IMG/VR virus record: IMGVR_UViG_3300037010_003311
Location: 124,001 to 188,000 of that record
DNA length: 64,000 bases
Strand: one strand, 5' to 3'
Part shown: piece after piece, positions 20,161 through 30,700 of the stretch
Position numbering within the stretch: position 1 is the stretch's first letter
How the letters are laid out: every line of letters begins with the position of its first letter
Notes under the pieces: model-generated
The model's input: only the letters and a program-made list of their open reading frames with translations
Database searches by the model: none
Told to the model about the DNA's origin: nothing
Made by a program: the position numbers and the translations under genes

Positions 20161-22158
20161 CTAATTAGCTACGACGTCTAAACTTAACAATTCGTTATTA
20201 ATACTAATAACTATTTGTAAAGTAACTTTTACAAACATACCATTATCCTGACTAATAGGGGTAATAGATACTAAATTAAAATTAGCCGAATACAATATAT
20301 TTAGCTGTATTATAAATTGGCTAAGTTCTTCGGTTATGAAAGTTACATTAAATGCTTTAGTTTGTATAAACTGTTTAATATATGATTTAAAGCCACCACT
20401 AAATGGTACTATGTTTTCTGTTAACCGTAAGTATGTACCAAATTGTGTAACAAAGAACTCTTTAAAATTATAAATTTTATTGAAATGGCCTTGGTTAAGG
20501 TTTATATCCAATAATGAAGTTGTTTGTAATATATATGGTTCGGCTCTTTTATTATTACGGTTAATCTTATAGAAGAAAACCATTAGAATCTGGTTAAGAT
20601 CCGCAGCCGATATAACAGCGGTATCTATAAAATTAATAAGTGGCTTATAATTTTCATATGCTAAATCACTATTATCAATATTACCTTCCTTATCATATAA
20701 TAAGAACTTCTCTAATTCCTTACAATGATTATAACCAGATGTGATACTAATATTAAATATTGTATTACTATCTGGAGCATCTGGGAATAGGAAGCCAGGA
20801 GCATTCATAAAAAGCTTTTTGTAATCACTACCAATGTTTGTTTTATTATACTTGCGGTCGTAAGTTTCATCAAATATATAAACCTGATTACTAATACTTT
20901 GTACCGGAGCATTACTAGTCGCACCAAAACCATAAAATATACTATTGTTAAAACGGAACGATTTATCTATTTCTTTAACGATTATTGAACTAGTCTTATC
21001 TATAGAAACATTAAAGTAATGTCTCTTTTTATTAGTAATAATAAAATCTAAAAATAAAGGATCAATTTTTCGTTCGTGTGAAGATGTAAAGGTTTGATAA
21101 TAATAATAGTTATATGTTGAATTATACTTTATTGTATGATTTTGTAAATAATTATAATCTGGATTCTGTAAAATTTCTGGTTTGAAAACAGCTTCGGTTC
21201 TACAAATGTTTACCGATAATATTATATTTCTTATATCTGGACTAATTTCAATATCTAAAATATTAGAGTTGGTTAAATTATAATAGAAAATTATATCTTT
21301 ACTAATTGAGTTATCTCGGGCCGATAAAGCTACTTCATAAATAACTGGTTCGAGATTATCGTTTTCAATAAACACTTTATTGAACTCTAAATGTAAACGA
21401 TTTGGAAACTTAGTATATAATGAATCTGGTATATTGCTATTACGACAAGCCTTATAAAAAATTGGATGCAAATTAGAATTATCGCGAAAGAGTGAAAGTA
21501 TTCGATCTTTATAAAAATATAATTTATTAGCACTCTCTTTTACATAGCTATTAAACAGCATAAACCGGAGGCCAATCTCGTTTTGAATAGCTATTGGCAT
21601 TTCTGCTAGTAGTATTGATTCTTTATTATTAAAACTAGATACTGGAATAAAATCTTTTAAATTATAAGTAATATAATCATTTTGGGTAATATAAACATCA
21701 TTCTCGAAACTATTAATTCGCTCTTTATAATGTGCCAAATCTTTTAGGCTTAATGATAATAGAGCTGTACTGGTACCAGCGGATTCCCAACCAGGGACAC
21801 CAGTGTTAGAAACTGGTTCTTTATTAACGATTGGTAAAAAGTTAACCAAAGAACTATAATCCGGTATAGTAACAACTTGTTGAGGTTCTATCCCAGTCGC
21901 TAATGGGATAGCGACTGCTGGCGTATTTGGTTCAATTAATGGTTGAGCTTGGTTAAGATGTGTATTAACCGTAGTATCAAAATTATTAGATACCAATTCT
22001 GTTATAGTTAACCATTTTACAATCGGGGTTGTTTTTATTGATGTAGTTGGAAAGTACTGGTCGTGAAGGTTAACATTAATTGTACCAGATATAATATTAC
22101 TCAATTTAGTAATTAAGTAAATCTGTAAAAACCCTTGATTGGGCATTGTATTAGCCAT
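20161..22158 (-). CDS. Virion structural protein, possible C-terminal gp25-like domain
   Basis: 665 aa, first gene of the structural operon; the last ~100 aa (YLRLTENIVPFSGGF...) weakly resemble gp25. Confidence 0.4.
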   Translation of the reverse strand: MANTMPNQGFLQIYLITKLSNIISGTINVNLHDQYFPTTSIKTTPIVKWLTITELVSNNFDTTVNTHLNQAQPLIEPNTPAVAIPLATGIEPQQVVTIPDYSSLVNFLPIVNKEPVSNTGVPGWESAGTSTALLSLSLKDLAHYKERINSFENDVYITQNDYITYNLKDFIPVSSFNNKESILLAEMPIAIQNEIGLRFMLFNSYVKESANKLYFYKDRILSLFRDNSNLHPIFYKACRNSNIPDSLYTKFPNRLHLEFNKVFIENDNLEPVIYEVALSARDNSISKDIIFYYNLTNSNILDIEISPDIRNIILSVNICRTEAVFKPEILQNPDYNYLQNHTIKYNSTYNYYYYQTFTSSHERKIDPLFLDFIITNKKRHYFNVSIDKTSSIIVKEIDKSFRFNNSIFYGFGATSNAPVQSISNQVYIFDETYDRKYNKTNIGSDYKKLFMNAPGFLFPDAPDSNTIFNISITSGYNHCKELEKFLLYDKEGNIDNSDLAYENYKPLINFIDTAVISAADLNQILMVFFYKINRNNKRAEPYILQTTSLLDINLNQGHFNKIYNFKEFFVTQFGTYLRLTENIVPFSGGFKSYIKQFIQTKAFNVTFITEELSQFIIQLNILYSANFNLVSITPISQDNGMFVKVTLQIVISINNELLSLDVVAN

Positions 22159-22245
22159 AAATCACCATCCATATAAAATTACCAATTTGTTTTTGTATAG
22201 AAATTTGGTACAGTTTGGTCTCTGCCATTACTTCGATCGCAGATG

Positions 22246-22270
22246 AAAGATTTTTTTAACGACATGAAAA
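22246..22270. repeat. 25-bp direct repeat downstream of endonuclease pair
   Basis: AAAGATTTTTTTAACGACATGAAAA, 24/25 identical to 24903-24927. Confidence 0.85.
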
Positions 22271-22293
22271 AGTTGGGCCACCTGGACCACAAC

Positions 22294-23601
22294 TTAATCT
22301 ATTTTAAAAACAAAATTACCGGAATCAAAAATAGCTTTATAACCATTAAGGTCTATAACTAGTTCTTTTTCAGTTAAATTTTCTTTATATACTTCAAGCT
22401 TTGTTTCAAGCTTATGTTTTTGGAAACTCTGTCGACTATGAAGTTTTGGTAAATTGTAATTATCAGTAATGTCTTCTCGCCAATAAAAATAATTTGGCTC
22501 AGCAACCTTTTCTTCATGGAATCCAATCTGTCTATATAAGTTTCCTTCTGACCAACGCCTATTTGCATATGATTTAATACTACCTGTATATTTAGCTTTG
22601 AATGCTTTGAGTAACCTGCTTGCACCACCTACTACACTATAACCTTTTGCATTACAAAACCGCATAAGCTCCCAATCTGTATTCTTATCAAATCGGCTTT
22701 TACTAAATGTCATAATAGATACTAATTCTTTTTGGTAGAATAAAGCAAATCGAATAAGTGCTTTACCAGTTCCTTGCAAGTGGTTACTTTCAACGAACTG
22801 ATTGCTTATTTTTAATAAACCTTTATGAGCCCGGTTGCTAGAATCAATCTCTATAATATCACATTTCCGAGCATAAATTCTATTAGATAAACCAAGAGCA
22901 TTTATTATCATGCTTTTCCAAATAAGTTGTTTGTTAGGATGTAGCCATTCTATATCATACATATATAGTACTTTTATACCAGTTTCAAGGCCACGATTAG
23001 TTGTATTCAAAAAATTATTTTTTTTGGATTTAAGATTACTTCTGGCTTCGATAATTGATTCGGCATTTGGAGTGATTGGGGTAAGCTTAGTAGCTAATTC
23101 TTTACTAATAAGGCTATCATTCAATAACTCGACTATTACTATCGAAACTTGTTGGTCTGGGAAATATATATCATTATCTAAAATATTAGCCTTATCACCA
23201 GCTAATACATAGTTAAATGATCTAGCCTCCAGCCACTGTACAATACTAGCAATAATAGTTTTTTTATTATTATATGTAGCCTCAGCTGGTAGAATATTTG
23301 GGATGGTTGGTACCTCTGGTTCCACAGCTTGAGTTATATGTTTCTTTTTAGATATAGTATTTACAATTTTAGTGATTTTCATATCTTTAATAGTACTAGC
23401 CATTTTAGCTTGGCAAGAATCACTACAGCAATATTTAAAACCAGCATCCGAATTTTTCCAAGCTTTTAAATTACCGCAATCCGGATTAATGCATTCTAAA
23501 TTATCTAAAGTTAATTGGAACTTATCCTTGTATTTTAGAATTCGTTTTATATTGAATTTATCTATGTTTGGATAATACTCTTTAAGTGTCGCTTCCGTCA
23601 T
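22294..23601 (-). CDS. Hef-like endonuclease paralog with degenerate nuclease motif
   Basis: Likely start ATG 23601 (AAGGGA RBS, 1 nt after the upstream stop). Shared N-terminal Zn-finger domain, no KYG repeats, DNDIYFPDQQVSIVIVELL in place of the nuclease motif, complete NHLQG domain. Confidence 0.75.
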   Translation of the reverse strand: MTEATLKEYYPNIDKFNIKRILKYKDKFQLTLDNLECINPDCGNLKAWKNSDAGFKYCCSDSCQAKMASTIKDMKITKIVNTISKKKHITQAVEPEVPTIPNILPAEATYNNKKTIIASIVQWLEARSFNYVLAGDKANILDNDIYFPDQQVSIVIVELLNDSLISKELATKLTPITPNAESIIEARSNLKSKKNNFLNTTNRGLETGIKVLYMYDIEWLHPNKQLIWKSMIINALGLSNRIYARKCDIIEIDSSNRAHKGLLKISNQFVESNHLQGTGKALIRFALFYQKELVSIMTFSKSRFDKNTDWELMRFCNAKGYSVVGGASRLLKAFKAKYTGSIKSYANRRWSEGNLYRQIGFHEEKVAEPNYFYWREDITDNYNLPKLHSRQSFQKHKLETKLEVYKENLTEKELVIDLNGYKAIFDSGNFVFKID

Positions 23602-23602
23602 T

Positions 23603-24790
23603 TTATCCCTTTTTAATTTTGAGTTCGTGTGGGTCATCTGTTCGCAGCTGTAATTGTCCAGAATCATATACCTGGAATTGAGTAGATTCAGTTTTAATTT
23701 TTGGCTCAATTATTAAATATTCTTCTAGGTTTATAGATTCTAGATAGCACCCATCGTCCAAAACATATGAAAAAGCCACTTCCGTAGCCCTTGGTTCTAA
23801 TTTAAATTTTATTGCATTCTGGATTTTAGAAATATTTTTTTCATAAGTATCTGTTTCATAAAGGTGTACTAAGCTAATACCAGCAGCAATACAAGCTAAT
23901 GATTTCTGCTGATGGTAGTACTTATCTGTACCAGCTTCAGTACTATGCCAATATAAACCATTATATTCCACGGCAAGTTTTAATGCCGGAATATAAATAT
24001 CCAACTCTAGTGGTTTAATTATGCTACGGTTGTTAGTATTGACCTCGTAGCCTAGTTCTTGTATGTAGCTAGCAAGCTGCTGCTCTTTTAAGCTGGAACC
24101 TTTAAACTTTTTATATTGTATGTTTAATCGCTTAGCTCTTTGCCATAAATGACCAGAGGTACAATTAAAGTGGTTCATACATTTTTCAATATTTAAATAA
24201 CCATCAACCATTAAAAAGTTTTCTGCCCAATATTTAGCATCATCCCAATGTACAAAGTTAGTAATATGCTTATTTAGATGGTTTTTACCAGCACCATATT
24301 TATTAGAGTTTGTATCTTTTGCTTTCAATATTGCTTCTGGATTCGAGGTAGTATGTTCATAACCAGTTCTAGTTAAATAAGTTTGTTTAGCTTTTAATCT
24401 GGTTTCTTTAATTTTACTAGGATGTTCAACTCCATAATTTTTAAGAGATGTTAATTTCTTCTTCTCTTTAATTAATGGGCTACAGCTATTGTATTCAAAT
24501 CCAAATCGTTTGAGGTTAGTAGCTTTTTGTTTAGAAAACATTATTTCTAAAATTTTGGGCTTAGAAACATTTTTACAAATGTCGCTACCACAAGTATGAC
24601 CGAATCCTTGCGTAGAATTTTGCCACTTCCGTAACAAACCGCAACTAGGATTAATACATTTAATATTGGCTACAGTATATTGGAACTTAGTTTGGTATTT
24701 GATGGATCGTTTCAAATCTATTAGCTTGGCATCAGGGAATTGGGCTCGTAACATTTCTAGGGTTAATGACATTGTTACAGAATCTGACAT
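23603..24790 (-). CDS. Homing endonuclease-like protein (Zn finger + KYG repeats + PD-(D/E)xK), short C-terminus
   Basis: ELDIYIPALKLAVEYNGLYWHS; lacks the NHLQG domain. Confidence 0.8.
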   Translation of the reverse strand: MSDSVTMSLTLEMLRAQFPDAKLIDLKRSIKYQTKFQYTVANIKCINPSCGLLRKWQNSTQGFGHTCGSDICKNVSKPKILEIMFSKQKATNLKRFGFEYNSCSPLIKEKKKLTSLKNYGVEHPSKIKETRLKAKQTYLTRTGYEHTTSNPEAILKAKDTNSNKYGAGKNHLNKHITNFVHWDDAKYWAENFLMVDGYLNIEKCMNHFNCTSGHLWQRAKRLNIQYKKFKGSSLKEQQLASYIQELGYEVNTNNRSIIKPLELDIYIPALKLAVEYNGLYWHSTEAGTDKYYHQQKSLACIAAGISLVHLYETDTYEKNISKIQNAIKFKLEPRATEVAFSYVLDDGCYLESINLEEYLIIEPKIKTESTQFQVYDSGQLQLRTDDPHELKIKKG

Positions 24791-24827
24791 ATATTTCCTT
24801 ACTAGAATATTGTTACAATCTACCTTT

Positions 24828-24838
24828 ATATTTCTATA
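24828..24838 (-). promoter_or_regulatory. TATAGAAATAT promoter-like motif (also 10883-10893, 41238-41248, 42263-42273, 44084-44094, 57027-57037, 63553-63563; plus-strand copy 8660-8670)
   Basis: Conserved 11-mer overlapping a TAnnAT -10-like hexamer, mostly 27-43 nt upstream of start codons. Confidence 0.65.
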
Positions 24839-24902
24839 CTAATTAAAATAGTACTGGGACTATAAACTGTAACAATATCCCTGTCGTAGGTGTTGCTAAA
24901 TA

Positions 24903-24927
24903 AAAGATTTTTTTAACGACAGGAAAA
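24903..24927. repeat. 25-bp direct repeat upstream of endonuclease pair
   Basis: AAAGATTTTTTTAACGACAGGAAAA. Confidence 0.85.
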
Positions 24928-24953
24928 TTTTAGAGGCTTACGCCTCTAAAATT
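24917..24953 (-). terminator. Intrinsic terminator after major capsid gene
   Basis: AATTTTAGAGGC-GTAA-GCCTCTAAAATT stem with GNRA loop, then TTCCTGTCG. Confidence 0.8.
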
Positions 24954-26607
24954 ATTGTTGCATTGTAGCAGAACCAGTATCTAGTGTTGATACAGCGTTA
25001 TTATCTGGTGTAGATAATTCACCGAAGTAAGTAACTCCAGATGTTTGACCTAGTGAATCATAGTTGAATCCTGAGATTCCAGTAATTTTGATTGTAGCAA
25101 TACCTTCAGAACGAACAATACCAATCCAGTTTCTTGATTTGATGAAAGTACGGTTGATAGAGTTTGTAACCTCGCGAATTACATAGAATGGTTTATGAGA
25201 CACTTCCAAAATTGTACTTTGGCTTAATGTTTCAGATTTTGTTACAAGGTGGATTAAATCATCAGCTACCGCAAATGATGAAATGATTTGTAACTTAGCG
25301 AAATCACCAGTTGTACCATTTTGACCCATTTCTCCAACAGCACCAGAAAATTTCATTGTAAATTCTTGAAGAGATTTCAATAATGCAGCTGCTTTAATTC
25401 CACAGATAACATAAGAGAATTCTAAACGAGTGTTTTTACGTACAATTTCTTGTAGCATTGTAATTACTGGTAAAATGTTTTTGAAGATATCAGCAAATGA
25501 TCTAGGGTTAGTACCGAAGTCAGCTTTGATTTTTGAAAAATCGACTTCTGCATAGTGACCAAATTTTTTAGCTGATGGAATGTTTGTTTCCAAAAGTTCA
25601 GCAATTTCATAATCTTTGTTCAATTTCATTTGATCTTTTACATAATCTTTTACTTGAGCAATGATATCTAGATTGTAAAGTGATTTCCAATCTTGGATGA
25701 TTTCTTCAATGTTTTCGATTTCGAAAGAATCTTCAACGTCTGCATTGATATCGATCATTGATTGTTCTGGTCTTGCTTTAACAACACCTTTACCATTACC
25801 AACACCAAAGATACGTGTACGGAAAGTAATTGAACCAGTTGTAACTGTTCCAAGGAAAGAGATATTTACTATACCATAAGTAACTTGACCATTATCAAAG
25901 TTTACTGAACCAGAAACACGGATAACACCAAGAGAACCACCATTAGCATCAGTTAAAGTAATATCTTCATCAAAATTACCACGAGCATCAGCAATAATGA
26001 TAACAGCCATATCATGTTGAGTATCTGTAGTACCATCATTAGTTGTGAAAGTGATGTTAGTTATTTTGAAATTTCTTTTATTGATACGGAATTGATCAAC
26101 ATTAGTTGTAATACCAGCCAAAGTGAAAAGATTTGAAACAGCTTTATAAGAAACTAGTGTAACATAACCAGGACGAACGATTTGGTTAGCATTTGGGAAG
26201 TAAACTTTAGTTTCAGCGCCATCAAGACCAATAATTTTAGCAGTCCATTTAAGACGTGGAATAGACATTATTGGTTTATCAGATGGATAAACTGTAACAG
26301 CTTGGCTTAATAGAGGCTCTGCATAAATATCAAGTAGCATAGGGAAAGATGTTACTGAATAAGAGATCGCTTCAGGTGATCCCAACATTGTTGTACCCTC
26401 TTCGATAATCATTTGACGTTGACGATCAAAAAGTGATTGGAAGAATGGTTTTTGACTCTCTTCAAAACCTTCTAAAAGCTTTTGAGTATAAGACTCATAA
26501 TACATATCATCAGTAATTACTGATGTTGATGTTAATGCATCATCAAAAATAACAGAGTTATCAGCAACGAATGCACCAAAGTTTTCTAAAATTAGACCTT
26601 CTTGCAT
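24952..26607 (-). CDS. Major capsid protein (distant T4 gp23 / HK97 fold)
   Basis: 551 aa immediately downstream of the prohead protease; strongly biased codons; IEEIIQDWKSLYNLD matches the gp23 E..QDL.A..G.D motif; followed by a strong terminator. Confidence 0.87.
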   Translation of the reverse strand: MQEGLILENFGAFVADNSVIFDDALTSTSVITDDMYYESYTQKLLEGFEESQKPFFQSLFDRQRQMIIEEGTTMLGSPEAISYSVTSFPMLLDIYAEPLLSQAVTVYPSDKPIMSIPRLKWTAKIIGLDGAETKVYFPNANQIVRPGYVTLVSYKAVSNLFTLAGITTNVDQFRINKRNFKITNITFTTNDGTTDTQHDMAVIIIADARGNFDEDITLTDANGGSLGVIRVSGSVNFDNGQVTYGIVNISFLGTVTTGSITFRTRIFGVGNGKGVVKARPEQSMIDINADVEDSFEIENIEEIIQDWKSLYNLDIIAQVKDYVKDQMKLNKDYEIAELLETNIPSAKKFGHYAEVDFSKIKADFGTNPRSFADIFKNILPVITMLQEIVRKNTRLEFSYVICGIKAAALLKSLQEFTMKFSGAVGEMGQNGTTGDFAKLQIISSFAVADDLIHLVTKSETLSQSTILEVSHKPFYVIREVTNSINRTFIKSRNWIGIVRSEGIATIKITGISGFNYDSLGQTSGVTYFGELSTPDNNAVSTLDTGSATMQQ

Positions 26608-26778
26608 AAATATATCCTTAAAAAATTTTTTTTGAAGTTGTATAGTACCAATATAATATACGAAATATCATATAATTTTAAAATAACTAGCTCTTCAACT
26701 AGATATTTGTTTATCAGTATTTATAATATGGTTTTTATCTTTGAATTTTGATTTAAGAGTTTTGTAAACGACTATTCG

Positions 26779-27594
26779 TTAGATTTTAAAACGAATTGCG
26801 TTGGCTTTACTATTTTTACTATTATCATTCAAAGTTCTAAACAATGAATCTATTAAAAAAGTAGTTGTTTCTTCAAGAGTACCTTTAATACAAGATGTAC
26901 CATCGCAAACAACTCTTTCACCTTTACTATTAACTGGAAAATACCCAAGATTTGAACTCTCAAGTAATACTTCAGAGCTAACAATCTCTTGTTTCATGCG
27001 GTTTAAGTTACTAATCTGTTTAAGCAGATTTGTACTCTCGTCGAAGAATTCAGTAATAACAGCATTACTATGACTTGGATTACTAACGACGTCAAAGGTT
27101 AAAGCTTTAAGACCTTTACCATCAACAATAACTGTACCATTTGGTTGAGTCGTCCCAGCTCCAAATGCTCTTAGGCTAAAACCAATACCAATTTTATCTT
27201 TCAATAAACGATAAAGATTCATTCCTGGATCATTAGTTAGTGTTTCACAATCAGCAACAATAAATTTACCATCAAATGTCAGATTAGTATAAACAATACA
27301 AGCATCTTTCAATCTAATAGTACTAGAACGTTTCATTCTTGACTCAAAATCTCCTTGTGGAGTTGGATGATCCATTTCACCAAGAAGTTTTCTTTCTAAG
27401 GCTTTTTGCTGTAATTGATCAATTATAGTTTGGAGTGCAAAAGATGTGTACATTCTACCATTATTATTAAGTACATTGGCTTCTTGCAAATATGCTCGAA
27501 ATCTAAGTTTAAATGCATTACCTACTTGGGATTCTTCTAATAGAGTAATTTTCGTAGGGACATAACTCTGTTCCTGGATTAAATCTATTTTCAT
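26779..27594 (-). CDS. Prohead core protease (T4 gp21-like)
   Basis: N.NGRMY, LGEMDHP, GFSLRAFG and TFDVVSNPSH catalytic motifs. Confidence 0.92.
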   Translation of the reverse strand: MKIDLIQEQSYVPTKITLLEESQVGNAFKLRFRAYLQEANVLNNNGRMYTSFALQTIIDQLQQKALERKLLGEMDHPTPQGDFESRMKRSSTIRLKDACIVYTNLTFDGKFIVADCETLTNDPGMNLYRLLKDKIGIGFSLRAFGAGTTQPNGTVIVDGKGLKALTFDVVSNPSHSNAVITEFFDESTNLLKQISNLNRMKQEIVSSEVLLESSNLGYFPVNSKGERVVCDGTSCIKGTLEETTTFLIDSLFRTLNDNSKNSKANAIRFKI

Positions 27595-27671
27595 TTATAG
27601 CCCTTTCATTAATTTGTAATTTGTTTCATGCTTTAATTTTAATTAAAATAAATTATTATGAAAGGCATTAA

Positions 27672-27699
27672 GAGACAATAGCTATTTAACTATCGTCTC
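27672..27699. terminator. Possible terminator hairpin
   Basis: GAGACAATAG...CTATCGTCTC imperfect stem just after the stop codon; lacks the CCTGTCG tail. Confidence 0.35.
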
Positions 27700-27709
27700 A
27701 CTTTTTTCA

Positions 27710-30700
27710 TTATGCATTAAACTCGCTATTAATACTTAAAATATTTAAAATATTATTATCTCTGTAATTCTCTATAGCCAGTTTTATAACACTTATATCA
27801 TTAAATATTTTTAAACTGAAGTTATTTAGTACTTGAGTAAGTAGATGACTTCTTGTTTCAATAGTACTTGTGCGGAACGAACTGGTTAAACCATAAGTTA
27901 TAAGCTGAGTATCCGTTATATCTAAATTAGTAAGATTTGTCTTATCGCTAGTTTTATTCATAATATCTATAACTATGTTTAAATTATTACGATTATCAAT
28001 AAAGTCAGTATATGATGTAGCAACCCGTGTTATTAAATCGGTATAACTAGTATCAATAACTGGTAATGAAATATTTATTTCACTACTATAATCAGTTATA
28101 ACTATACTATCTAAACTACTAATATAACCATTAAGAATTGTAGTTATATTCAATATCTCTTCTTTTTTCAAGAAATAATCAACAAAAGAAACGTAGGAGA
28201 CCATATAATTAAAATCTTCACTAACTGATTTAACTCTAGCCTCGCGTACAAACCTAGTAAGTTCTTCGGTATTCAAATCTACTGGTACTAGTGATATAAA
28301 CGATTTTACATCCTCTTTATAAACATAAAAGTTATCACCAATAACTGGAATATCAACATTTGTAGTAACTGCATCATTAGAACGATAGATTAAATTTTTA
28401 CTTCCATTAATAGCAATTATATCACCATGGGCATTACTTATAGCACTGAATGGAGTAATATTATTAAAATCTATATCCGGGAACGTTGTTGATCCTGCTG
28501 GTTTGCTACCAAGACTATCATAAATAAAATATTTACCATTATATTCATAACATATAACTTGTACGTTATCAAGCATTATATAAAAATATGGATTAGTAGT
28601 ATCCATATTATAATCATTTAGGAAGGTTAATGTTTTAAATGAACTAGTTTTAAAATCTGATGCTTGTAAACTTGAACCATCTATTTGGTAAACAGCCGGT
28701 AGTAAACGATTTGGAAACTGGCTCCTTGTTATAACGTTATCTCTAAGATCTAGTATTTTTAAGCGAGTAACTTCTTTGAAAGCTTCATTAATTAAATACC
28801 TTTCGTTATTAGTACCAATTGGTCCTAAATCAACACCAAATCTATAATTATTAACATCAGTATTTAGTAAAATAGTATCTATTATAAAATTTTTATCATT
28901 TAGTACAATAGGTGGTTTATTAAAATCCAACAATATTTTATTAATTTCATCTGTATAGTTAATAATATTTTTTTGATTATTATTAATCCTAGATTCAATT
29001 CTAACTATATCTAACCGAGCAAGTTCTGTATCATAACTATTTGACCCCCCAGTAAGCAATGCCTGATATCTACTTTTTGAACTAGCTAGTTCGCTTTGCA
29101 ATTGATCAGTTAAACTAAACTCATATGTGAGTCTATCCACCAAATAAGTATAATTAAACCGCTTCCTTTCATAATTGCTAAGATAGAAGATATCTAAAGC
29201 TAACGTTTCATTATTTTTTGTACGTTGTTTATCAGCTAGAGCTTTTGAATTCTGGTAACCTGTAATAAGAGTTTTATTATTATAAATTGTTTTATTGAGA
29301 TCTATAATTTTTTGCTTAACGAAGTTAATTATAATTTCCGTATAGTTTAACATGTTTGATAGCTTATGATTAAGAATCTGTAATGTGGTTAACAGATTTG
29401 TATAATAAATATTTGCTAAGTTAAGGGCCTCTATACTACTTTTATTGGTATTCAGTTCTTTAATAAGGGTATCAGCTTTAACCTGTCTGGCAGTTATTTC
29501 TGCTGCTGTATCAATTCTAGTGTTAACACTATAATCGATGGTCTTATTATTTTCATCGGTATACATGACACCAAGATTTGCAATTAGGTTAGTTGTAATA
29601 TCTTCTAGAACATCATTGGTATTATCTGGATCATCACCTAACGCAAGTTGGGTAACAGCTACCAATTTATCTAAATCAGATTGTATATTACCAGTGGCCT
29701 TCGTTAAAAGATCGTTTTTGATATTATTGATAGTTTCCAGTAAAATGTTAATAATTCTATTATTATTAGCAATGATAATGGATAATATAGCATTTTGGCC
29801 ATAAACGGTTTCTATACTGTTTAAGACTCGCGCTTTTAGATTGTTGCTCGCGGTCGAACCAGCTACAGAACCAGAAGCTACACAAAAGGTGTTATTAAAG
29901 AAGTGTACCATACTATCAGTATCTGGTTCTGTAAATCTAAGGGCTAGAATATCATTCTTATAAAGTGTATCTCCAGATGGGAACACTATATCTTTAATTA
30001 GGTAATTACTAAACCAAATACTAAAGTTTATGAAATCGGGAGTATCATTATTAGTATAATCTATAGTATATGGTACACCATTACTATCTAGGCTAATATT
30101 TGGAAGTTCACTGAAATCTAAAATAGTACCAAGATAATTACTATAATTCGTAACAGTGTTAGCCAAGGCAGTAGTACTAGTAAGCATATTATTAGCCAGT
30201 ATGTCATTACTATAATAAGAATTTACTGCTAGATACTCATCGGAAAATAGTTTATGGTTCCCATATAAATCTACCGCATTCGACCAATCAATTTCATTAC
30301 TATGATTAATGTTTAATAATAATTTAGTACGACTAACAGCATTTCCAACGGAAACCGCACCTGGAAAGTATCTGGTACTAATAAAACCACGAGTATCCCA
30401 TTCAATATAATTAGCAAGATCATACATAAGAATAGAACCATTAAAATAGTTGCTATCATCCTCTAGGTAGTAAATATTACCAACTTCGAGATTGACTAAT
30501 GGATGGTTATAAGTTAAACCATATCTATTAGTAAACGTAAATATCTTAACTGAACCATCAGCTTGTATTTCTTTTACAAGTTTCTGATACTGCATATCGA
30601 GCAAAACATTATCTGGATCCAAATCAATTAAACCACTAAAAAATACAAGATGAGTATCATTAATATTATCATAAAGATACAAGCCATTAACTTTATCAGT

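Noticed and set aside
24807-24887. 11-bp inverted repeat around the endonuclease promoter as a T4-style RBS-sequestering hairpin
   Set aside because: The downstream arm stops short of the RBS, and the repeat is short and AT-rich.
8735-26607. Introns or inteins in terminase, sheath or capsid hosting the endonucleases
   Set aside because: These genes are uninterrupted, and the endonucleases are intergenic with no group I core or intein motifs.
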